A stretch of 64,000 bases of DNA from Octopus sinensis. Lineage: Eukaryota. This document shows positions 53,205-64,000 of the stretch, in pieces. Position 1 is the stretch's first letter. Each line of letters starts with the position of its first letter. Where the stretch lies: contig NC_042997.1 in assembly GCF_006345805.1 (NCBI RefSeq), forward strand, positions 141,422,001 to 141,486,000, given 5' to 3'. Position numbers and translations under genes: made by a program. A model generated the notes under the pieces. The model made no database searches. It was not told where the DNA came from and saw nothing but the letters and a program-made list of their open reading frames with translations.

Positions 53205-53360
53205 ATACGAAGGGCTTCTTTCAATTTTCGTCTATCAAATCCAATCGCACGGAATTGGTCGACCCGAGGCAATAGTAGAAAACACTTGCCCAAGGTGCTA
53301 GGAAGTCGGACTGAACCCGGAACACTGAGATCGGAAAGCAAATATCTTACCACACATGAA
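53205..53360 (-). mobile_element. SINE 5' fragment
   Basis: acgaagggcttctttcaattttcgtctatcaaatcc..ggactgaacccggaac. Confidence 0.7.
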
Positions 53361-53385
53361 TACACACACACATACACACGTATGT

Positions 53386-53436
<51 letters not shown>

Positions 53437-53957
53437 TTGCGAGCGTATGAAATTTAGGCATGTAACGATATTAATATAAATACATGCATATATAGGCATA
53501 TATATATATATAAATACACATACATATATATATATACACACATGAATATATATGTATCCATTTACTTATATATGTATACATACATATACATATGTATACA
53601 CGCGCTTATATACATGCATAAATACAAACGCACGCACACATACACATACACACACTCATATACGCGCAGACATATACTTACGTCCATGTGTGTGTTTGTA
53701 ATTTAGGTATGTAATTTCATCCATAGCGAGCGAGTATTGTCGGCATTTTCCAAAATCATGCACAATTTATTCCATTTACTGGTCTATTTATTCGTGCAGC
53801 TCCTCTATACACCACACTCAACATCTATTAATAATGTCAATGTGATCTACATCTTTCAATATAGCTGTAACTCGAACAAAACACGCTACTGCAAAACATA
53901 TTAATGCACACGCAAACACAACACACACACACATAATCATATATACGCACGCGGATA

Positions 53958-54011
<54 letters not shown>

Positions 54012-54428
54012 CTTACCCATGCACATATACAGCCACGTATATACGTACGCGAGCGCGCATGTGTGTGTACGTATATATGATGATAAGCATGCGTATGACA
54101 GAGAGACGAGTGATAGAGTATGGTGGTATGCAGTCATGCACCTACCCGATTTCCTGAAACATATATCCTGACACACACAGAGTCCAGAGAGACACATACA
54201 CACGCGTGCACACGCACACGTACACACTCACGCACATACATGCACAAACACACACGCATACGCATACGCATACCCGTGTAGTCTATTTGGTTTTCTGTGC
54301 GTGAGAGAGAGTGTATGCGTGTTTAGGTTGTATAAGATGTATGTAGGTACATATGTATACATGTAGCTATATATACAGATAATCATGCGTACATAGGCAT
54401 AACCACAAAATCTCTGTCTTTGTGTGTA

Positions 54429-54464
<36 letters not shown>

Positions 54465-54590
54465 GACAGAGAGAGAGATGAGGAAGGAGACAGACAGATA
54501 GAGAGAGATGGATGCAGGGAGGGAGGGAAAGAGAGAGAGACAGGCGGACAGACGGACAGACGGGCAGACAAACAGCGACAGACAGAAGAA

Positions 54591-54753
<163 letters not shown>

Positions 54754-55281
54754 GTACGTAGTCAGGTAGGTAGTTAGGTAGGTAGATAGATAAACAGACA
54801 GACAGACAGAGAAGAGGTCCATCCTTATTTGTATACACATTCATGCAGCCTCACCTATATGCACACACAAGCATTCGTGCATTCATAGATATATACTATT
54901 CGTGTACAGAAGAAGAGAGACGGGTATAAATTATATTTAGTTAGAGAGTGAGGAGAAGGTTAGAAAGACAGACAAGAGAACAGTAGTGGTGTATAAAATT
55001 TCGTAATATAGATAGCGAACGCAAGTGAATGATGGAGAGAGAACGACAGAGAGAGGGGGGAGGAGAGTGTGAGTGAGTGATGAGGAGAAATAGACGGTAG
55101 TGGCGGGACAAATTGAGAGTAAGATAAAAACACGAAAGAGACTGAGAGAGTTATGGCTTAGATGAAGAGAACATTGAAGAAACTTATAGTATTACATAAG
55201 TGATAAAAAGGGACAAAAAATTGCGATACCAGACGATGTTAATAACATAAAGGAAGAGAGTTTGAAATTTCAAAACTGCAG

Positions 55282-55477
55282 GGTATTAAGGGTGGAAAAA
55301 ATGGCTGACGTTTTTGCATTTGACAGACACCCACTGCAACTCGGGGTAGGTAACTGATGTCGCTATTCTGAGGAAGAATTTCTGCACTACTGTTTATTTT
55401 ATTTTTCTTTCTTATATAATTTTCCCCCAGCTGCACTTCTTTTCATTGCTGGCTGCAACTGGTGTCGCTTCTATGAC
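55282..55477 (+). CDS. Candidate exon pair 55282-55345/55349 and 55431-55477 (..MADVFAFDRHPLQLGV|AALLFIAGCNWCRFYD, or ..QLG|LHFFSLLAATGVASMT)
   Basis: 81-85 nt GT..AG intron with a very long pyrimidine tract; both donor choices keep an open frame. Confidence 0.25.
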
Positions 55478-55507
55478 GTAATCTATAAATATAAAGAACA
55501 GTGAATG

Positions 55508-55567
<60 letters not shown>

Positions 55568-55661
55568 AAACTACGTATTTTTAAACGGTCTCATTTACAC
55601 ACATATATTCATCATAATCAGACAAAGAGATATACAGACGTGCATACATATAGATACACAA

Positions 55662-55717
<56 letters not shown>

Positions 55718-56288
55718 TATATATAAAGATCATTAGCATCTTTATATGATCTGCGTCCCTGCTAGCAGTAATTTGCAGAAGTGGTGGTGGTGGTGGAGAT
55801 GGTGCTGGTGCTGGAGGTGCTGGTGGTGCTGGTGGTGGTGGCAGCGATGATGGCAGTAGTGGTTGCAGTATTATTCACATCAGCCACCCGATTATTGTTT
55901 GCTACCCAAATACTTCAGCATGCCTCGCACTGACATCTGCAGGCACATATGCATTATACATGCAGCACGTTCATGCCGTTAATTCATGCACATGCATAGA
56001 ACCGTTCATTATTCTAAATACCCTGAAATACATAGTTTTTTTTTTTTTAAGTGGCAGACACCCGAGTACATTTCGTATTTGTGATTATGTACGTACGCTC
56101 GCTCTTATGTAAAAGTACATACGGACACATATACACATTTTAGACAGCGCTTGCACACAATACCCAGAATAAACCAAAACACACATACACACATAACTAT
56201 TAAATATACATGTTCATACGTAAATATGTACTTATACTTCCACGCACATGTGCACTTCTTTATATAATATACACATATACAATTATAT

Positions 56289-56388
<100 letters not shown>

Positions 56389-56424
56389 ATAATATATATA
56401 TATATTATATATATAAATATATAT

Positions 56425-56462
<38 letters not shown>

Positions 56463-56530
56463 AATATTATATATAATATAAATATATACTATATATATAG
56501 TAATATATATTATAATATATATAAATATAT

Positions 56531-56565
<35 letters not shown>

Positions 56566-56621
56566 TTATTATATATATATACACATACATACATACATAA
56601 ACACATACATACATATACAGT

Positions 56622-56655
<34 letters not shown>

Positions 56656-57491
56656 CATATATATTGTAATATATTATATCATTTATTACATATTATATTT
56701 ATAAATACATACATACATTCATACATACATATTTGTGAAGTATATGCACACGCAACAAACACCTATGCGCACGTATGATTATGCATGCGTATTTTATAGG
56801 CAATTATACGCTTTCCAAAATGCAAATGTATGCACACTGACATACGTAGTTGTACTCGTTGCAACACATTAAATTATATAGATAGGGAAAACATTTATTT
56901 ATTTGAATATATATAATCGTTTCAGACAAAAAAAAAATACAGACAGATCTATAGCGTAGATCTACAAACGTGGAAACACGGGAGTAATGACATGATGTGA
57001 ATAAAGACACACATTTTGTGCATATTTATATTAATGGAAAAAATTTGTTTAGACGCACAGATACATAGTAACAAACGTAGACATCCTTACATGTCAACAC
57101 ACATGAAATTTTGCACGCAGAATGAAGACTGATACCTCAACGACAACAGACATACTGATTTTAGCATAATTTTACAGAATATTCGGCAATTAGGTTCTTA
57201 TATATAACAGCAGTGACGCAATGGTTACACGGCGTATAACTCCATGCTTCCCTTCCTTGCTGGTACTATTGCATAATCGTCTAACAAAACATACGTCTGT
57301 CGTAATAGCAGCCGCTCTGATAATTTGACACAGATTTCATGATGGAAGGCACACGTAATATTTCTACCTTCCACTGTATACATCTCTCAGCCTATATTAC
57401 AATCTGGAATATATTCAGACAGACAGACACAAACACACACACACATGCATAACCACACGCGCACACACACACCTATTTATATATAATATAT

Positions 57492-57576
<85 letters not shown>

Positions 57577-58146
57577 ATAATATAGTATGTAAATAGGTAT
57601 ATATTATAAACATGTTTATATATTTAACTATATATGTTAATACATTTATACATGTATGTATATCTGTATGTGTGTGTGTGCAAATCTATACACATTTTTA
57701 GATGGAAATATGTATTGCATGTAAATATATATATATATATATATATCTATATATATATATATATATACAATATATATGTATGTATGGATGTATATATATA
57801 TATATGTGTGTGTGTATGTTTATATATGTATATTATATATATGTATATGTATATATATGTATGTATGTATATATATATATAATAATATATATCTGTGTGG
57901 TGTGTGTGTGTGGTGTGTGTGTGCATGTGTGTTGTGTAATTAGAAAGAGAGAGGGGGAGAATAGAAACTTATGGGTATAAAACCTTCAAAAATGATTGAA
58001 TAAAGAATTCATTTCTTCGAAGCTTCGCACCCCGTAACATCTTCAGATTGAATAAATAAGCCACAACTGGCGCAAACTTCGACGTAACATGTTATTAGAA
58101 TTTTAACATGTATATATATGTATGTATACCTATATATATATATCCT

Positions 58147-58220
<74 letters not shown>

Positions 58221-58461
58221 TATATATATATCTATATATATATAATATAGATATATATCTATATATATATATATATATACCACACCAAGAAAGTTAGAAG
58301 TTGTGAATCTACCCAGTAAGGGATAATATCTATCCAAAATACTGCTGTAGAATAGCCAATTAATCATATACAAGTGTTTTTTATTGCATTGCGATTACAT
58401 TACCTAGTGTACTAAATGGGTAAAGGTAAAGATATGTTTTACCATCAATTTATAGAGCAAT

Positions 58462-58854
58462 AAGAAAATGGAGGGGATCAATAGGTGGTTCATCAACTTT
58501 TAGACATTATATTATTTTAACTTATTTATTTATTAACTAAACTGATAATTACAATATTACACATACATATAACATATTATGGTTTACAGATAAGATATAA
58601 AATATAGTAATATATAAGGATACCAGTAATTATTATAGAATAGCTGTAAGTTATTTTCCCAATTTATATTCATGTTTGTTATTTTATAATAATTACTGGT
58701 ATCCTTATATATTACTATATTTTATATGTAAACCATAATATGTTATATGTATGTATATTATTGTAATTGTCAGTTTAGTAAATAAATAAATAAGTTAAGA
58801 TAATATAATGTCTAAAAGTTGATGAACCACCTATTGATCCCCTATAATTTTCTT
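58462..58854. repeat. Imperfect inverted repeat, arms about 170 bp, spacer about 47 bp, between (AT)n tracts
   Basis: ggggatcaataggtggttcatcaacttttagacattat.. / ..ataatgtctaaaagttgatgaaccacctattgatcccc. Confidence 0.93.
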
Positions 58855-58871
58855 CATTGGTATATAATATA

Positions 58872-58933
<62 letters not shown>

Positions 58934-59605
58934 TATATATATATATATATGATATATGTCAGCATGTATATATATATGTATATTATATATATGTATATAT
59001 ATATATATGTATATGTATGTATGTATGTATGGATGGATGGATGGATGGATGTAGAAGGTTTGAGAAGTGACACACTAGTTGATATGTATAAGGAAAATAG
59101 GGCAAGGTAGAAAATGCTAAAATAATTTTTACCATGAAGAACATATTAGTACCGGTTTCAGTCTTTATGATTCTTCAAGTACGAAAAAGCATGAAAAACA
59201 ATTAAATTGTGGAAAAATTAAATGAAATATTATTTTTTAAATATTTCCATAGTTTTCAAATAGGTGGTGCATATTCCATTCTTCCTCTCTCTCTCTCTAT
59301 CTCTCTCTTATTCTCTCTCTCTCCCTCTTTCTCTCTCCCTCTCTTGATTTTGTGAAGCCTCAGAAGGCAGGTAGTAGCAGATCTGACCCATACACACACA
59401 ATATATATATGCATATATATATATATATTATACATACATGGCCGCAGCTCTGAGCTGAAACTAGAACAACGTAAAATGAAGTGTTTTGCTCAAGAGCAGA
59501 ACTCGGAGCCGGTCTTGGAATCGAAAGCACGATCGAGAAATCGTGGGTGCAAGATGCCTAACCATTAGTCCACGCGCGTTCACGCACACTCACAAACAGC
59601 GACAG

Positions 59606-59674
<69 letters not shown>

Positions 59675-59994
59675 ATATATATATATATTTATGCCAAACA
59701 GTTACATGTACGGACACTGCTACATGGGCAAATTTTCCTTTTAATCTTACAGTTGGTCTTACAATATAATTAGTTGGTTAAAACAATTTAGAAAGGTTTT
59801 GGCTTTTTAACTCAATATTTACATGCTGTTTTACGTAGCCTTATGTGAACTCCGAGATTCAGTATTCCAAAACTATTACTTAAACGTCTCTCGCAATATT
59901 TCAGAATGAGCAGTGACAAGTATTTGAAAAAGAAATACGAATAAATGCATATTAAATAGAATAGAATAAAAATTCCTGATTCATTCATTTCTAC

Positions 59995-60380
59995 TCTAGG
60001 CAGAAGGTCCGAAATTTTGGTGGGACGGGGCTCGTCGATTAGATCGACCCCAGTACACAACTGGTACTTAATTTATCGATCCCGAAAGGATGAAAGGTTG
60101 TCGACCTCATGGAATTTGAACTGAGAACGTAAATACAGACGAAATACCTATTTCTTTTACTTCCCACAAGGGGCTAAACACAGAGAGGTCAAACAAGGAC
60201 AGACAAACGGATTAATTCGATTATATCGACCCCAGTGCGTTACTGTTACTTATTTAATCGACCCCGAAAGGATGAAAGGCAAAGTCGACCTCGGCGGAAT
60301 TTGAACTCAGAACGTAGCGGCAGACGAAATACCGCTAAACATTTCGCCCGGCGTGCTAACCATTCTGCTAGCTCGCCGCC
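59995..60380 (-). mobile_element. SINE concatemer: head plus 2 units of about 182 bp
   Basis: tcga.cccgaaagg at 60076 and 60258. Confidence 0.88.
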
Positions 60381-60899
60381 TTCAAAATTCCTGATTTATT
60401 GAAATTATATGCGATTGAAGAAAGAATGGACTAAACGTTTACTGCAACTGTTACTTACTTCAAATGTGAATGAGGCACAATCGCAAAAAGCGAGAATTCT
60501 TCAAAACTAATATGACATTAAAGAAACGGATAGCCTAATTGTTTCAAGATGAACACTACAGTGAATCTAATTTTCTCTGTCAATATGCGCCATTATCACT
60601 GCAATATCCTACCTCATATTGAGCAAGGAGATTCTGAAACATATGGCAAAAACGTGTAGCACACATTTACGACCCAGATTATTTGCTTAAATGAAACAAA
60701 ATTTACCTAAGAGGAATAACAGTGCGATGTGTGTGATGAACAATACATACATATACGTATAAGCCAACAATAACCCAATAACTCAATATAAATGTGTGTT
60801 TCTGTGTGTGTGGTGTATGTCTATGCCAATAGTAAAACATTTGTCTTCTATCTTTTACTTGTTTCAGTCATTAGACTGCGGGCGGACAGGCAGGCAGAT

Positions 60900-61041
<142 letters not shown>

Positions 61042-61579
61042 GCATTCTTTTGAGGCAACTTCTACAGCCCCCAGAGCCAGCCTGTTGGCCTTCGGCTCCT
61101 ATGATGCCCAGCATATTGTAAGTTTTGTAAATATGAATGCAAGATGTGTTGTAATAATCTTTTAGCCCCAGATAGTTTTCGATAGCGTCGACGTATTATG
61201 AAAGACAGTTAAGCTATGAATATCCCGTCTTGATTGAAGAATAACATATTGAGAAACATACCAAACAACGTCTTTTTTTTCTTTTCTAAAGACTTCAGCA
61301 TATAATGTAAGCATATATGCAAAATGTTGTTCTCTCAGAATTTATGCCCAGTGTTAATTTATAAATAACTACCTCGAGACCTCTCAAATCGAAAATAATG
61401 TAATACGATCGATAACATTTAAAACCAAATTTGACAAGTTGCAAGAACACTCACATTCCTTGCTTCGAACACACAAACGATGACCTTAGCTGAAATATAT
61501 ATTAAAATATTGTATACGTATAATGCTAATTAATGGAATTTTTATAAGTTATTATGGGCTTTTATGCATTATTATATGT

Positions 61580-61950
61580 AGGCACATGGCTCAGTGGATA
61601 GCGGCGTCGAGCTTACGATCGTAAGGTTGTGCGTTCGATTCCCGGATCGGGCTGCGTGTTGTGGTCTTAAGCAAGACACTTCATTTCACGTCGCTCCAGT
61701 TCACTCAGCTGTAGAAATGGATTGCGATGTCACTTGTGCCAAGCTGTATCAGCCTTTGCTTTTCCCTTGGATAACATCGGTGGCGTGAAGAGGGGAGGCT
61801 GATATGCATGGGCGACTGCTAGCCTTCCATAAAAAAAAACACCCCTAGGTTGTCACCGGCGAGGCGACTTTCTGCCCAGACTTGTACCCCGGAGGGGTAC
61901 CTCTTAGGTGGACCCTTGATCATTCGTGACCGACGGAGTCGAGTTATATG
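61580..61950 (+). mobile_element. tRNA-derived SINE
   Basis: A box tggctcagtgg, B box gttcgattccc, body gcaagacacttcatttcacg..ctccag. Confidence 0.8.
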
Positions 61951-62284
61951 TTCATATATTGTTTTATGCACTGGAGGTACTCCAGCATGACCACAGCCTT
62001 AAGTCTGAAACGTATAAAATAACATTTAAAAAAAGAATTGCTATATACCAATTTGCAGGTGAAATATAGGCGAATGGCTTAGAACTTTGCTTCGCAACCA
62101 CTCGAAATTGTCCTTAATCCCACTCTGCGTCATGTTGAGTAAAACGTCGTTTCCTAAAGCCTCAGATCGATGATTATCATTTTAGTGAAGCTGGGTTGAT
62201 GGACACTGCATCGAAGCCTTCAGGTGGTCTCCAGTCACAGTTTGAACTGTGCAGCTTTGCCATACACTCTGTCATGCTTTTCCT

Positions 62285-62560
62285 GAAGCTTAGGGGTTGG
62301 GGTATCCGGCTCACGATCGTGTGTTCGATTCACGACGGCGCGTTGTATCCTTGAGCAAGAAACTTTATTTCACATTGCTCCAGTCTACTCGGCTGACGAA
62401 AATGAGTTGTATCTGTAATTCAAAGAGCCAGCATTGTCACATTTTGTGTCACGATGAATTTTCATAAGAAGTACGTTAAGGATACACGTGTCTCTGGAGT
62501 GTTCAACTAGTTGCGCATTAAATTCACGTGCAGGATGTTCCGTTGATCGAAACAGCTTGC
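62285..62560 (+). mobile_element. tRNA-derived SINE (decayed)
   Basis: ggctcacgatcgtgtgttcgattc..cttgagcaagaaactttatttcacattgctccagtctactc. Confidence 0.7.
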
Positions 62561-62672
62561 ACACTCATCATTATAACCGACGCAATACTAGTCATGCTGT
62601 TTCAGACTGTGAATTGCATAAAGACAACACGTGTCTGTAACTGACCAATCACGTTAATTCAATTTCAGATTA

Positions 62673-63489
62673 CGAGGTCTGATCAATAAATATAGGAATT
62701 GTTGCCATAGTAACAAAGCTAAAGCACGTAGAACGAAGCCGCTTGACACAGATTGACCTTGAACTTTGTTGTGCATGTGCACTAAGTATCCAAGTTCTAA
62801 CTCACTTACCCTGTTTACAGCAGTGATTGAAAGTAACGTGCGTAACGAATGATCGTCACATAGACCGTGACAGAAAACGTTGTCATGGCGATACCTGCTC
62901 AGTGGCTTACGCAAAGTTGCAGAAAGTGTATGGAGAGGAGCGGTATGGTGTCGCACACAAGTGTACGAGTGGTTCAGACGTTTCCAAGAAGGCCGAAAAA
63001 TGACGATAAGGACGAACGTTCTGGGAGAAACGCAACCAGCAGAACTGGGAAAAGCATCACGAGTTATCAGAGGATGTGCAGATTAATTACGGTTCAGTTC
63101 GATCCATTATCACTGAAGATTTGGGTATGAGACGCGCGTTTGTGCCAAAACTGCTTTCAGTTGACCAAAAGAATACTCGGGTCTCAGTTGCACAAGACCT
63201 CTTTGATTGTGTCGAGAACTATGAAAACATTTTGAAAACTTTCAATAGGCCTCTGAGCAGGTATTGCCAAGCTCTTGACAAAATGTCTCTGTCTTGGTCA
63301 GTGCGATCATTACACCTTATACACGTTACTTCCAAGTACTGCTGTAAACAGCGGAATTGAGCTAGAATGTTAAAACTTAGGGCGCATGCACAGCAGAGTT
63401 CAAGGTCAATTGGTGGCAAGCGGCTTTACTCTGCATGCTTTAGCTTCGTTACTATGCCAACAGTTTGGATACTTATTGATCAGACCATG
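62673..63489 (+). mobile_element. Mariner derivative with two left ends (inverted arms about 245 bp) and a transposase N-terminal remnant
   Basis: TA-cgaggtctgatcaataa..ttattgatcagaccatg-TA; RTQVYEWFRRFQEGR, INYGSVRSIITEDLGMRRAFVPKLLS. Confidence 0.88.
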
Positions 63490-64000
63490 TATTCGCTTGA
63501 CTTTACAACCGAATCCTGATGTCGACCGACCGAGATCCATTGCCATCATCTTATGTCCATTTATGGAATCTATAATTCACGATATATCGTTTACAACTGA
63601 GTCTTATTAAATCTAAGCCAGTGCGTATATAGACAAGGCGCTTCAACGTCATATCATCAATGACCTGAAGCTCTGAAACAAGAAACTCTAAATAGCGACG
63701 CACAGAGATATAGCTCCAAATATGCAAATGTATACTATTCCACACTATCTGACTATACTGGGTACTGAGCATTTTTTCCGTCAAATGCATTTGTAGTAAT
63801 AGTTTTTTTTTTTTTCTGACACATGGTATATGTTCCTTCAATAAAGACACGTACATGCATATTTGAATGTATGTGTGTATGTGTGTCCGAAGAAAAATAT
63901 ATTTTGGTAGTGAATATGTACAGCTATAAATCAGTCGTTAATGATAATATTGATACAAGTCCACTTTATTCTACTAAATCGGACTTTGGAAACATTTCAT

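Noticed and set aside
55770-56045. Gly-rich open frame of about 85 codons
   Set aside because: Driven by a (GGT/GCT)n low-complexity tract; no donor site or domain signature
58020-58055. Reverse-strand CTGAAGA..GAAGCTTC
   Set aside because: A15.1 absent and stem II irregular; not counted as a hammerhead

Overview
AT-rich, microsatellite-saturated eukaryotic DNA. The SINE, LINE and mariner families point to an octopus/cephalopod genome (inferred from recognised repeat motifs, no database search run). Almost all of the supplied ORF track is translated microsatellite. Recognisable coding sequence is transposon debris: several R4/Dong-type RT/restriction-like-endonuclease LINE remnants, including a nest in (AAT)n at 22.9-27.8 kb; an RTE 3' end; a Helitron PIF1 helicase 3' end; a full-length decayed mariner; a mariner MITE; and a mariner with two left ends. 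Many tRNA-derived SINEs are present, three of them as concatemers of a 182-184 bp unit. Several short + strand segments have canonical splice sites and open frames and may be exons of one unidentified host gene. The most unusual signal is about a dozen minimal type I hammerhead-ribozyme motifs from several unrelated short elements, mostly set in or ending in (AT)n/(GT)n tracts. Most have palindromic stem III (Penelope/retrozyme style), one is fused to a tRNA-SINE head, and one sits in a near-perfect 310 bp fold-back. Two roughly 99% identical tandem duplications bounded by microsatellites may be real or may be haplotype/assembly artefacts.
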